Counted from the first letter of the stretch, positions 23,624-33,935 are shown. The stretch is 64,000 nt of DNA from an uncultured Opitutia bacterium (GCA_903902745.1 CAIUWA010000016.1:208024-272023), one strand, 5' to 3'. Numbers and translations: made by a program. Notes: generated by a model not told the origin, from the sequence alone.

Positions 23624-24508
23624 ATGTCACGAGTCAAAAAACTCGCCCTAATACTTCTGTCTTCCGTCGCCAGTGCCCCCGCTTTCGCGAGTGAGGCGCA
23701 TGCTGGCGTGGCTTCGGCGGCCGAGGCGCTTTTCAAGATCGGGCCCCTGCCGGTGACAAACAGCATGGTGACGAGCTGGGTGGTGGCCTTGGTGCTCATC
23801 ATTTCGATTCGCGTGGCGATCAAACGGCCAAAGCTGATCCCCTCGCGCGGCCAGGCCATGGTGGAAAATCTGGTCGAAGGTATTTACGACCTGATCGCTC
23901 CGATTGTTGGCCCCAAAGTCGCCAAAGCGGCCTTCCCGCTGCTGATTGGTCTTTTCACCTTCATTCTGATCCAGAACTGGAGCGGTCTTTTCCCGGGAGT
24001 CGGCACCATTTACATGACCGATCACAAAACCGGTGAATGGATGGAACTCATTCGTCCCGGCAACGCCGATATGAACGGCACCCTGGCGCTTTCGGCCGTG
24101 GCGTTCATCGGCTGGTTCTATCTGATCATGCGCTATGCGGGCCCGGCCTTTGTCCTAAAGGACATTTTTGGCAACAAGGCGGACAAGAAGGAAACCCCGG
24201 CGATCATTTACTACCCGCTCTTCATCATCTTTTTTGGCGCGGGTCTGATCGAAATCATCTCCATCGGATTTCGACCTGTTTCGCTCTCGTTTCGTCTCTT
24301 CGGCAATATTTATGGCGGTGAAAACCTGATGCACGCCATGAGTGGCATGCAGAAGTGGGGCCTGCCGGCTCCCTTCTACTTCCTGGAACTGTTGATCGGC
24401 TTCGTTCAAGCCTTCGTCTTCACTTTGCTGGTCGCTGTTTATATCGGTCTTATCTGCAACCACGGCGATGACCATGCGCACGATGGGCACAAGGAAGCCG
24501 CCCACTGA
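23624..24508 (+). CDS. atpB: F0F1 ATP synthase subunit a
   Basis: Polytopic protein with the conserved LSFRLFGNI arginine helix. It is the first gene of the atp operon. Start set at ATG 23624 (MSRVKKLAL). Confidence 0.93.
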   Translation: MSRVKKLALILLSSVASAPAFASEAHAGVASAAEALFKIGPLPVTNSMVTSWVVALVLIISIRVAIKRPKLIPSRGQAMVENLVEGIYDLIAPIVGPKVAKAAFPLLIGLFTFILIQNWSGLFPGVGTIYMTDHKTGEWMELIRPGNADMNGTLALSAVAFIGWFYLIMRYAGPAFVLKDIFGNKADKKETPAIIYYPLFIIFFGAGLIEIISIGFRPVSLSFRLFGNIYGGENLMHAMSGMQKWGLPAPFYFLELLIGFVQAFVFTLLVAVYIGLICNHGDDHAHDGHKEAAH

Positions 24509-24585
24509 GTTCAACCCTTTCCCGCCGGGACCGTGCTTCATGTGCGGGCGGCGGAAATCCAACCAACCAAAGAAAGATAAATCCC

Positions 24586-24795
24586 ATGTCACTCATCATC
24601 GCTGATATTACTGGCAGCATCCAAGGCGGCCTCGGCTGTCTCGGCGCCGCCATTGGCGTAGGTCTCGTCGGTTTCAAGGCCGCGGAGGCCGTCGGCCGCA
24701 ACCCCGGTGCCTCCACGAAGATCCTCGTGCAGGGCATCATCGGCATGGCCCTCGCCGAAGCCGTTGCGTTCTACGCGCTGTTCCTCGGTAAGTAA
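24586..24795 (+). CDS. atpE: F0F1 ATP synthase subunit c
   Basis: 69-aa helical hairpin with a GxGxGxG helix and a carboxylate in GMALAEAVAFY. Confidence 0.9.
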   Translation: MSLIIADITGSIQGGLGCLGAAIGVGLVGFKAAEAVGRNPGASTKILVQGIIGMALAEAVAFYALFLGK

Positions 24796-24806
24796 TCCTT
24801 CCGCCT

Positions 24807-24842
24807 GCCGCGCCGGCGCTCGTCGCCGGCGCGGCCACTTTT
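24807..24842 (+). terminator. GC hairpin plus short T tract after atpE (possible intra-operon attenuator)
   Basis: Perfect 12-bp stem GCCGCGCCGGCG (24807-24818) / CGCCGGCGCGGC (24824-24835), 5-nt loop, then CAC-TTTT. Confidence 0.45.
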
Positions 24843-24857
24843 CCCCTGTTCAACGTC

Positions 24858-25442
24858 ATGATCTCCTCCTTGCTCGTTTTTGCCCAGGTCACCGAACACG
24901 CGGCCGAGACGGCGGCGGCCCACGGCGAGGCCACCGGCATCGCCAAGATCGTCAGCGATTTTGGCATCAGCTGGCCATTTTTCCTCGCGCAGGTCCTCAA
25001 TTTCTCCGTTGTCGCGTTCATCCTCTGGAAGTTCGCCTTCAAGCCGGTTCTCGCGACGCTCGACGAGCGCCAGCAGAAAATTGCCTCCGGCCTCCAGTAC
25101 GCCGAGGAGATGAAGGCCAAGCTCGAGGCGGTGCAGCAGGAGAGCGCCGCCAGCGCCAAGCGCGCCCAGGTCGAGGCGACGAAGATCATCGAGGAGGCCC
25201 GCAAGTCGGCCAAGGACTTCCTCGACAAGCAGACGCAGGAAACGACCGCCCGGGCCAATGACATCCTCGCGAAGGCCCAGCAGGCCGTCGAGCTGGAGCA
25301 CAAGAAAATGCTCGCCGATGCCCGCAGCGAAATCGCCCGCCTCGTGGTTGCCACCACCCAGCGCGTGCTGGCCAAGGAACTCACCGATGCCGACCGCAGC
25401 CGTTACAACGATTCCGCCACCCGCGAACTCAGCGGGGTCTGA
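24858..25442 (+). CDS. atpF: F0F1 ATP synthase subunit b
   Basis: Single TM (FFLAQVLNFSVVAFILWKF) followed by a long Ala/Glu/Lys coiled coil. Operon position supports the call. Confidence 0.85.
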   Translation: MISSLLVFAQVTEHAAETAAAHGEATGIAKIVSDFGISWPFFLAQVLNFSVVAFILWKFAFKPVLATLDERQQKIASGLQYAEEMKAKLEAVQQESAASAKRAQVEATKIIEEARKSAKDFLDKQTQETTARANDILAKAQQAVELEHKKMLADARSEIARLVVATTQRVLAKELTDADRSRYNDSATRELSGV

Positions 25443-25467
25443 AATCTGAAATCGCAGAGCTGAAATT
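25440..25467. repeat. heptad word repeat TGAAATC-TGAAATC-GCAGAGC-TGAAATT in the atpF-atpH spacer
   Basis: Direct reading shows a 7-nt periodicity that starts in the atpF stop codon and contains the GCAGAG word of the palindromic families. Confidence 0.6.
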
Positions 25468-25477
25468 TTGACCCGCC

Positions 25478-25873
25478 ATGGCCGCCCACGGTAGAAAAGC
25501 CCAACAATTTGCCCGCCAGCTCTTCAAGATGAGTCTGGTGGACGGCGCGGTCTCGGCCGAGCGCGTCACGGGCGTGCTCGCTTATATCGAGAAACACCGG
25601 CCGGCGAATCCGATGATGGTGTTGAAGGCCTACCAGCGCCTGGTGGCCGCCGATGTGGCGCGCGGCCAGGCTGTCGTCGAGCACGCGGGTGCCATCAATG
25701 ACACGACCCTCGCGGCCATCGCCGCGGCCATGGGCAAAAAATACAGCCGCAAGGTCACCGCGGTCGCGAAAAAGAACAATGCGCTGCTTGCCGGACTCCG
25801 CGTCCGCGTCGGCGACGACACCTACGAGTCCTCCGTGGCCGGCCAGCTCGACGCCCTCGCGGCCGCTGTCTGA
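25478..25873 (+). CDS. atpH: F0F1 ATP synthase subunit delta (short form, 131 aa)
   Basis: Operon position between b and alpha, and an OSCP-like C-terminus (ALLAGLRVRVGDDTYESSVAGQLDAL). Confidence 0.7.
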   Translation: MAAHGRKAQQFARQLFKMSLVDGAVSAERVTGVLAYIEKHRPANPMMVLKAYQRLVAADVARGQAVVEHAGAINDTTLAAIAAAMGKKYSRKVTAVAKKNNALLAGLRVRVGDDTYESSVAGQLDALAAAV

Positions 25874-25912
25874 TAATTTTCCTCCTCCCAGCCCCCAATC
25901 CCACCTTTCCCG

Positions 25913-27439
25913 ATGAGCACCGTCCTCGAACAAATCGAACAACAGATCGCCAAGCTCTCCAGCAAGGCCGTCAAGAAGAACACCGGCAACATCCGCACCG
26001 TGGCCGACGGCGTCGCCAAAATCGACGGCCTGTCGGACGTGATGTATAACGAGATGGTGCAGTTCCCCGGCGGCGCCATCGGCATTGCGCTCAATCTCGA
26101 GGAAGATGAAGTCGGCTGCGTCGTGCTCGGCGACGTCTCGAAGCTCAAGGAAGGCGACGAGGTCCAAACGACCGGCAAGCTGCTCTCCGTGCCCGTCGGC
26201 AAGGCGCTACTCGGCCGCGCGGTTGACGCCCTCGGCAATCCCGTTGACGGCAAGGGCCCGATTGCCACGAAGGAATTTTATCCCGTCGAGAAAATTGCGC
26301 CCGGCATCATGGCGCGCAAATCCGTCAACCAGCCGCTCTTCACCGGCATCATGGCGATCGATTCCATGATCCCGATCGGCCGGGGCCAGCGCGAGCTGAT
26401 CATTGGTGACCGCGGCACCGGCAAGACCACGATCTGCATCGATACGATCATCAACCAGGCGAAGATCAACAAGGTCGGCCTCGCGAGCGGCGATCCCAAG
26501 TTCCGCCCGGTATACTCCATCTACGTCGCGGTCGGTCAGAAAAACTCGAACATCGTCCGCACGATGTCGGCCCTCGAGAACGCCGGCGCGCTGGAATACA
26601 CCATCATCGTCGCCGCGCCCGCCGCCGACAATCCCGCCAACCAATACCTCGCGCCGTTCTCCGGCGCCGCGATGGGTGAATGGTTTATGGAAAACGGCAT
26701 GGATGCGCTGATCGTTTATGACGATCTCTCGAAGCACGCCGTCGCCTACCGCCAGATCTCGCTGATTCTGAAACGTCCCTCCGGCCGCGAAGCGTATCCC
26801 GGCGACGTGTTCTATCTCCACTCCCGCCTTCTCGAGCGCGCCGCGCGCCTCGACGGCAAGGGCTCGCTCACCGCGCTCCCGATCATTGAGACGCAGGCGG
26901 GCGACGTATCCGCCTACATCCCGACGAACGTGATCTCGATCACCGACGGCCAGATCTTTCTTGAGACCGATTTGTTCAACCAAGGCATTCGCCCCGCGGT
27001 GTCCGTCGGTCTCTCCGTCTCCCGCGTCGGTTCGTCCGCGCAGATCAAGGCCACAAAGCAGGTCGGCGGCAAACTCAAGGGTGAGCTCGCCCAGTTCCGC
27101 GAGCTCGCGGCCTTCGCGCAGTTCGGTTCCGACCTCGACGCCAAGACCAAGGCCCAGCTCGAGCGCGGCGCCCGCATCGTCGAGCTCTTCAAGCAGCCCG
27201 CGCTCAGCCCCCTGCCGATCGAGCTCCAGGTCGCCGTCCTCTTCGCGATGCAGAAAAACTTCTTCGACGCGATCGACACCAAGAAGGCGGTCGCCGCGGC
27301 CGCCTCGCTGAAGGAATACTTCACCACCCGCAAGGACGCGCTCCTCACGGAAATCCGCACCAAGGCGGCGCTCGACAAGGACCTCGAGGCGAAACTCCAG
27401 GCCGCGTGCGACGAGTGGAATCCAACCTTCACCGCCTGA
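25913..27439 (+). CDS. atpA: F0F1 ATP synthase subunit alpha
   Basis: Walker A GDRGTGKT and canonical alpha-subunit sequence. Confidence 0.97.
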   Translation: MSTVLEQIEQQIAKLSSKAVKKNTGNIRTVADGVAKIDGLSDVMYNEMVQFPGGAIGIALNLEEDEVGCVVLGDVSKLKEGDEVQTTGKLLSVPVGKALLGRAVDALGNPVDGKGPIATKEFYPVEKIAPGIMARKSVNQPLFTGIMAIDSMIPIGRGQRELIIGDRGTGKTTICIDTIINQAKINKVGLASGDPKFRPVYSIYVAVGQKNSNIVRTMSALENAGALEYTIIVAAPAADNPANQYLAPFSGAAMGEWFMENGMDALIVYDDLSKHAVAYRQISLILKRPSGREAYPGDVFYLHSRLLERAARLDGKGSLTALPIIETQAGDVSAYIPTNVISITDGQIFLETDLFNQGIRPAVSVGLSVSRVGSSAQIKATKQVGGKLKGELAQFRELAAFAQFGSDLDAKTKAQLERGARIVELFKQPALSPLPIELQVAVLFAMQKNFFDAIDTKKAVAAAASLKEYFTTRKDALLTEIRTKAALDKDLEAKLQAACDEWNPTFTA

Positions 27440-27440
27440 T

Positions 27441-27475
27441 CGCTTCCGCGTTTTCGTTCCTCCGCGCTTCCGCGA
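27441..27475. repeat. solo pyrimidine arm of the CGCGGAAG-word family (copy G)
   Basis: CGCTTCCGCGTTTTCGTTCCTCCGCGCTTCCGCGA is about 85% identical to the right arm at 47005-47042. It lies between the atpA stop and the atpG GTG start, and no partner arm is nearby. Confidence 0.65.
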
Positions 27476-27491
27476 CTAAAAACTAACCTCC

Positions 27492-28376
27492 GTGGCCTCC
27501 ACTCGCGACATCCGCCGACGCATCAAGTCGGTCAAGAACACCCGCCAGATCACCAAGGCGATGGAGTTGGTGGCGGCGTCGAAGATGAAGAAGGCCCAGG
27601 CCGCGGCGCTCGCCGGCCGGCCTTACGCCGAACTCATGGCGCAGATGCTCGCCGCACTGGCCGACCGGGTTGAGGAATTGCAGCACCCGTTTCTCGTGAA
27701 GCGCGAGATTCGCACGCGTGGCATCATTCTCGTCACGTCGGACAAGGGTCTCTGCGGTCCGCTCAATACGAACGTCTTCAAGCTCGTTACCGACATCAAG
27801 ACGCCGGCGAAATACGCCGTCATCGGCCGCAAGGGCGCGCAGTTTATCGCGCGCACCAAGCGCGATCTGCTGGCAGATTTTCCCGCGAACGATCGCACCA
27901 CCTTCGCCGACATCAGGGTCGTCGCCGAGTTCATGGTGAAGCAGTTTATGGAAGGGGCGGTCGACACCGTCGAAGTGATCTGGCCGCGTTTCCGCAACAC
28001 GCTGCTGCAAGTCCCGACTCTAATGCCGCTGTTGCCGCTCACGAGCCTGCAGGATGTGCTGGCCGAGCTTCGCTCGGATGCCGGCCTCACCGCGTCCGCC
28101 ACCGCTCCGAATGCCGTGGAGAATCAGATGCTGTTCGAGCCGAACGCCGCAACCGTCCTCGAGGCGCTGCTGCCGCTCTACGTTAATCGCGAAGTTTACC
28201 AGCATGCCCTCGACGCGAAGGCTTCCGAGCACAGCGCCCGCATGGTCGCGATGAAGACCGCTAAGGACAACGCCACGAAGCTCCTCGGCGATCTCACGCT
28301 CGAATACAACAAAGCCCGCCAGGCTGGCATTACGCAGGAAATCCTCGAGATCGCCGCCGCGCAGTTCGCCGCCTGA
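27492..28376 (+). CDS. atpG: F0F1 ATP synthase subunit gamma
   Basis: GTG start. N-terminus reads IRRRIKSVKNTRQITKAMELVAASKMKKAQ and the C-terminal helix reads ITQEILEI. Confidence 0.95.
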   Translation: MASTRDIRRRIKSVKNTRQITKAMELVAASKMKKAQAAALAGRPYAELMAQMLAALADRVEELQHPFLVKREIRTRGIILVTSDKGLCGPLNTNVFKLVTDIKTPAKYAVIGRKGAQFIARTKRDLLADFPANDRTTFADIRVVAEFMVKQFMEGAVDTVEVIWPRFRNTLLQVPTLMPLLPLTSLQDVLAELRSDAGLTASATAPNAVENQMLFEPNAATVLEALLPLYVNREVYQHALDAKASEHSARMVAMKTAKDNATKLLGDLTLEYNKARQAGITQEILEIAAAQFAA

Positions 28377-29846
<1,470 letters not shown>

Positions 29847-29852
29847 CCGGCG

Positions 29853-30260
29853 ATGTCTCTCACACTGGAAATCGTCACGCCCGATGCACGGGTGTATTCC
29901 GACACGATCGACACCGTCGTCATTCCGACGGTGGAGGGCGAGGTCGGCATCCTGCCCGGTCATATTCCGCTGCTCACCCAGATCGAGCACGGGGAACTGC
30001 GGGTGACGAAAAACGGCGTGACCCAATGGCTCGCCGTCGGTGGCGGCTTCGCTGAAATTGAGGGCGATCGCATCCATGTTCTCGCCGAGCACGCCATTAC
30101 CGAGGAAAAGATCGATGAGCACGCGGTTGAAACCGCGCTCAAGCGCGCGGAACAGGAACTGAGTGACGCCAAGAACATCGATCCGCAGCAATATGAACAC
30201 CTGCAAAGCCTTGTGCGGTATGCGGGTGTCCAACTGGCCGTAAAACGTCGCCGTCGTTAG
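29853..30260 (+). CDS. atpC: F0F1 ATP synthase subunit epsilon
   Basis: 135 aa with a beta-sandwich plus helical hairpin pattern. It is the last gene of the operon. Confidence 0.92.
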   Translation: MSLTLEIVTPDARVYSDTIDTVVIPTVEGEVGILPGHIPLLTQIEHGELRVTKNGVTQWLAVGGGFAEIEGDRIHVLAEHAITEEKIDEHAVETALKRAEQELSDAKNIDPQQYEHLQSLVRYAGVQLAVKRRRR

Positions 30261-30267
30261 TCCATCC

Positions 30268-30300
30268 AAGGCCCGGATGCTCCCTGCAACGGGCCTTTTC
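30268..30300 (+). terminator. atp operon terminator hairpin
   Basis: AAGGCCCG (30268-30275) pairs with CGGGCCTT (30290-30297), followed by TTCC. The loop is 14 nt. Confidence 0.5.
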
Positions 30301-30311
30301 CTTGCACATTT

Positions 30312-30330
30312 AATGAAACCGAGTCTCATT
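30312..30330. promoter_or_regulatory. AT-rich 19-bp palindrome upstream of feoA (possible metalloregulator operator)
   Basis: AATGAAACCGAGTCTCATT has AATGA/TCATT ends and sits 10 nt upstream of the feoA ATG. It has the same length as a Fur box but not the same sequence. Confidence 0.2.
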
Positions 30331-30339
30331 CCTTTCGTC

Positions 30340-30600
30340 ATGCCCCGTGTGAGCCATTCATCGAACGCGACCCCCTTGTCGCTATGTCAGCTTCCTGCTG
30401 GTGCCGTTGGCCGGGTGTGCGAACTGATCGGCGACATCCAGTTCTGCCAACGCGTGCGCGAGATGGGCTTTGGAGAATCCACCTTTGTGACCAAGGTTTC
30501 AGGGACCGGCACCATTCTCTGCCAGGTGAACGGCACCCGCATCGCGCTCAGCCATGGGGCGGCGAAAAACATTCTGGTTGAGCAACTGGCCCGGCGCTGA
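30340..30600 (+). CDS. feoA: FeoA-family protein (first copy)
   Basis: SH3-like FeoA pattern (LCQLPAGAVGRVCEL...RVREMGFGESTFVTKV...G.RIALSHGAAKNILV). The start could be earlier. Confidence 0.75.
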   Translation: MPRVSHSSNATPLSLCQLPAGAVGRVCELIGDIQFCQRVREMGFGESTFVTKVSGTGTILCQVNGTRIALSHGAAKNILVEQLARR

Positions 30601-30611
30601 GTGCCGCCGCC

Positions 30612-30851
30612 ATGGCCGCCCTGATCAAACTCTCCGAACTTGCGGTCGGCGCCTCCGCCATCGTCCGTGAGTTTCCCAAAACCGGCCCGGCCTTTATCCG
30701 ACTCCGCGAAATGGGCTTGCTGGCCGGCACACCGGTCACGCTCGTCCGCACCGCTCCGCTGGGCGATCCGCTCGAGCTAAAAATCCGCGGCTACCACCTT
30801 ACGCTCCGCAAAAGCGAGGCCGAGCACGTGCTCGTTGAGTCGGCTCCCTGA
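30612..30851 (+). CDS. feoA: FeoA-family protein (second copy)
   Basis: 79 aa: LSELAVGASAIVREF...IRLREMGLLAGTPVTLVRTAPLGDPLELKIRGYHLTLRKSEAEHVLV. Confidence 0.85.
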   Translation: MAALIKLSELAVGASAIVREFPKTGPAFIRLREMGLLAGTPVTLVRTAPLGDPLELKIRGYHLTLRKSEAEHVLVESAP

Positions 30852-30852
30852 C

Positions 30853-32976
30853 ATGGCGCTGCCCACGCACATTTCCGCGCCTTCCGCGAATTCCACCTCG
30901 CGCGTCCCCGTCTACGCGCTGGTTGGCAATCCCAATTGCGGCAAGAGCACGCTCTTCAACGCGCTCACAGGCTTGAAACAGAAGGTGGGAAATTATCCCG
31001 GTGTCACCGTTGAGAAAAAAGTCGGCACCACCTACTCGCAGCACGGCCAGCCCATCACGGTCATCGACCTGCCCGGCGCCTATTCGCTGGCGGCGCGCTC
31101 CCCCGACGAGGCGGTCACCCGCGACGTGCTACTCGGCCGGCGCAGCGACACAGCGCAACCCGACCGCATCCTTTGCATCGTCGATGCGACCAATCTCGAG
31201 CGAAACCTCTACCTGGTGCACCAGATTCTCGACCTGGGTCGGCCGGTGATCCTTGTGCTCAACATGATGGATCTCGCTGCCCAGGCCGGCCTCCGGCTGC
31301 GACTCAACCGGCTCGAGCACGAGCTGGGAATTCCGGTCATCGCGTGCGAAGCGGCCAACGGCAAGGGGATCATCGAGCTGCGCCTCGCCATGAGCCGGAC
31401 CGACCTGCCACTTTCCCGGCACGCTTGGAACGTCCCCGCGCCGATCGCGTCCGCCGTGACGGAACTGCAGGCTTCGCTGATCGCCCACGACCGCAAGGCG
31501 CCGCTCATCGCTCGGGCCGAGGCACTGCTGTTGCTCACCGATCAGGATAGTGTGCGCGTGGCCGGTTCGACGCCGCTCGATCCGCGCACGGCGGAAATTC
31601 TGCGGGGCTGGGAAAAACGCTGGGAAGGCGAGGGCACTGATTGGGCCGGCACACTGGTCAATTCGCGCTACGAGGCCATCGGACGCCTCGCCGCCGAGGT
31701 CGTGCTGCCGAGTGCGACCACCGGTCCTACGACAAGCGACCGGATTGATGCTGTGGTCACGCATCCAGTGTGGGGCTGGCTCGTGCTGGGCTTGGTGATG
31801 CTGCTGCTCTTCCTGAGCATCTTTACCCTCGCGGAGTATCCCATGAACTGGATCGACGGCCGGGTGGCGGCACTCGCGAACTGGGTGAAGGCTGGGATGG
31901 CGCCCGGCGACCTGCGCGACCTCATCACTGATGGGGCCATCGCGGGGGTGGGCGGGGTGCTCATCTTTCTCCCGCAAATCCTGATCCTCTTTTTCTTCAT
32001 CGGCCTGCTTGAAAGCACCGGCTACATGGCGCGCGCCGCCTTCATCATGGACCGGCTGATGAGCCGGGTGGGGCTCAACGGCAAGAGCTTCATCCCCCTC
32101 CTCAGCTCCTATGCCTGTGCCATCCCCGGCATCATGGCCACGCGGACGATCGAGGATCCCAAGGACCGCCTTGTCACCATTCTGGTTGCGCCGTTGATGA
32201 GCTGCTCCGCCCGCCTGCCGGTTTATTTGCTGATGATCGCGGCGCTCGTGCCCGGCGACCGCGTGCCTTTGCTCACGAAAGTCGGCATCATGCTGCTCAT
32301 GTATGCGCTCGGCACGGTGGGTGCGTTTGGGTTCGCCTGGCTCTTCAAGCGCACCCTGCTCAAGGGGGCTCCGCCGCTCATGATCATGGAGCTGCCGCCC
32401 TACCGCCTTCCGCTCTTCCGGGACGTGGCGCTGCACATGGTTGAACGGGCGGGCCTCTTCCTCCGGCGCGCCGGCACAGTCATCCTTGGCATCAGCATCG
32501 TGCTGTGGTTTCTCGCGGCCTATCCCAAGGCCCCGGCGGACGCCACGCCTACTCAGCAGCTGGCGCAAAGCTTCGCTGGCCGCGCCGGCCATCTGCTCGA
32601 GCCCGTGATCAGGCCGCTCGGTTTCGACTGGCAAATCGGCATCGGCCTCATCACCTCGTTCGCGGCGCGCGAGGTTTTCGTCAGCACCATGGGGGTGGTC
32701 TTCAATGCCGAGTCCTCCGACAACGACACCAAGCCGCTGCGCCAGGCGATGCTTGCGGCCCGGTGGCCTGATGGGCGCATGCTTTTCACGCCGCTGACGT
32801 GCATCACCCTGATGATTTTCTATGTCTTCGCGATGCAGTGCATGAGTACCATCGCGGTGGTGAAGCGCGAGACCAACGGCTGGAAGTGGCCCGTCTTCCA
32901 AACCGTCTACATGACTGGCACCGCGTGGGTTTTGTCGTTGATTGTCTACCAAGCCGGGCGCGGGCTCGGCTTTTGA
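30853..32976 (+). CDS. feoB: ferrous iron transporter FeoB
   Basis: N-terminal G domain (GNPNCGKSTLFNALTG, DLPG) and a polytopic C-terminal permease. ATG 30853 lies 1 nt after the feoA stop. Confidence 0.95.
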   Translation: MALPTHISAPSANSTSRVPVYALVGNPNCGKSTLFNALTGLKQKVGNYPGVTVEKKVGTTYSQHGQPITVIDLPGAYSLAARSPDEAVTRDVLLGRRSDTAQPDRILCIVDATNLERNLYLVHQILDLGRPVILVLNMMDLAAQAGLRLRLNRLEHELGIPVIACEAANGKGIIELRLAMSRTDLPLSRHAWNVPAPIASAVTELQASLIAHDRKAPLIARAEALLLLTDQDSVRVAGSTPLDPRTAEILRGWEKRWEGEGTDWAGTLVNSRYEAIGRLAAEVVLPSATTGPTTSDRIDAVVTHPVWGWLVLGLVMLLLFLSIFTLAEYPMNWIDGRVAALANWVKAGMAPGDLRDLITDGAIAGVGGVLIFLPQILILFFFIGLLESTGYMARAAFIMDRLMSRVGLNGKSFIPLLSSYACAIPGIMATRTIEDPKDRLVTILVAPLMSCSARLPVYLLMIAALVPGDRVPLLTKVGIMLLMYALGTVGAFGFAWLFKRTLLKGAPPLMIMELPPYRLPLFRDVALHMVERAGLFLRRAGTVILGISIVLWFLAAYPKAPADATPTQQLAQSFAGRAGHLLEPVIRPLGFDWQIGIGLITSFAAREVFVSTMGVVFNAESSDNDTKPLRQAMLAARWPDGRMLFTPLTCITLMIFYVFAMQCMSTIAVVKRETNGWKWPVFQTVYMTGTAWVLSLIVYQAGRGLGF

Positions 32977-32977
32977 G

Positions 32978-33133
32978 ATGAATGCCGAAATTCAAACGCT
33001 CGGGGCCTTGATCGTGGTCGCGGTGGCCGCGACCTGGCTCGTGCTGCGCGCCCTGGCCAAGCGGAAGAATCCGGGCTGTGGGGGCGATTGCGGCTGTCCG
33101 ACCGACGAACTCAAGGCGAAGCTGAAGCGCTGA
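32978..33133 (+). CDS. FeoB-associated Cys-rich membrane peptide
   Basis: 51 aa with one TM (LGALIVVAVAATWLVL) followed by CGGDCGC. It starts 1 nt after the feoB stop. Confidence 0.7.
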   Translation: MNAEIQTLGALIVVAVAATWLVLRALAKRKNPGCGGDCGCPTDELKAKLKR

Positions 33134-33135
33134 GC

Positions 33136-33157
33136 GCCGGTTTCGGAAGGAAAACCG
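33136..33157. terminator. short hairpin between convergent feo and que operons
   Basis: CCGGTTT (33136-33142) pairs with AAACCGG (33151-33157) across an 8-nt loop. Confidence 0.35.
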
Positions 33158-33164
33158 GTCGGAC

Positions 33165-33860
33165 TCAGGTGCCGCGCCGGTTGCCGTAAAGCTCGATGTG
33201 CAGGCGGTGCGCGTAGCGATAGCCGCGCGCCTTGCAAAGGTCGCTGAGCCATCCGGCCCGCTCGCGCATTTTTCCGAGCGTGGTCGCCTCGGGCATGAGG
33301 AGCACTTTGTGGCGCGGGATTTCCCGTTGCAGCGAGGCGAGCATGCCCTCGAGTTCGTCCACGTCGGCGGGTTGGGCGACCACGAATTTGAACTGCCAGC
33401 CCGGGCCGTCGAGCCAGGCGCGCACCACGTCGGGCTGCCACCGGGTGGACTCGTGTTTTTTTCGCCAGGCAGCGTGCTCTTTGCCGTCGGGCGCGGAGTT
33501 GAGCAACTTGGGCGAGAGCGAGGCGAGGTCGCAGGCGATGCCATCGGGTGCGACCGTGGCGGCCGTCTCGATCGTGAGATGGTAGCCGAGCCGCTTGAGT
33601 TCAGCGGCGAGGATCCGGATTTCCTTGGCGATCATCGGTTCACCACCCGTCAGCACGACATGCCGGGCGGTAGGATGGCTTTGCACCTCGGCGACGATGG
33701 AATCGATCTTGCGGGCCGTTCCTTCCGGGTTCCAGGACGCATAAGGCGTGTCACACCACGTGCAGCGCAGATTGCAGCCGCTGGTGCGCACAAAAACCGA
33801 GGGGACGCCCGTCAGCTCACCCTCCCCCTGGATGGAGTAAAATATTTCTGAGATTAACAC
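33165..33860 (-). CDS. queE: 7-carboxy-7-deazaguanine synthase
   Basis: EIFYSIQGEG start, radical-SAM cluster CNLRCTWCDT, and a GTG start at 33860. Confidence 0.9.
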   Translation of the reverse strand: MLISEIFYSIQGEGELTGVPSVFVRTSGCNLRCTWCDTPYASWNPEGTARKIDSIVAEVQSHPTARHVVLTGGEPMIAKEIRILAAELKRLGYHLTIETAATVAPDGIACDLASLSPKLLNSAPDGKEHAAWRKKHESTRWQPDVVRAWLDGPGWQFKFVVAQPADVDELEGMLASLQREIPRHKVLLMPEATTLGKMRERAGWLSDLCKARGYRYAHRLHIELYGNRRGT

Positions 33861-33869
33861 GGGGAGATT

Positions 33870-33935
33870 TTAACACAGAGGGCGCAGAGCGCACGGAGTT
33901 TTCTGGCTCTGGGACCTCCGTGCCCTCGGTGTTAA
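33870..33935. repeat. GAG-word palindromic element, TTAACAC type (copy A)
   Basis: Left arm is TTAACACAGAGGGC-GCAGAGCG-CACGGAG and right arm is CTCCGTG-CCCTCGGTGTTAA. They form 21 paired positions with 1 mismatch and one 8-nt bulged word. The element is intercistronic between queC and queE. Confidence 0.8.

Noticed and set aside
31129-32952. 607-aa minus-strand ORF
   Set aside because: It is antisense to feoB, and its Arg/His/Gly-rich sequence lacks motifs.
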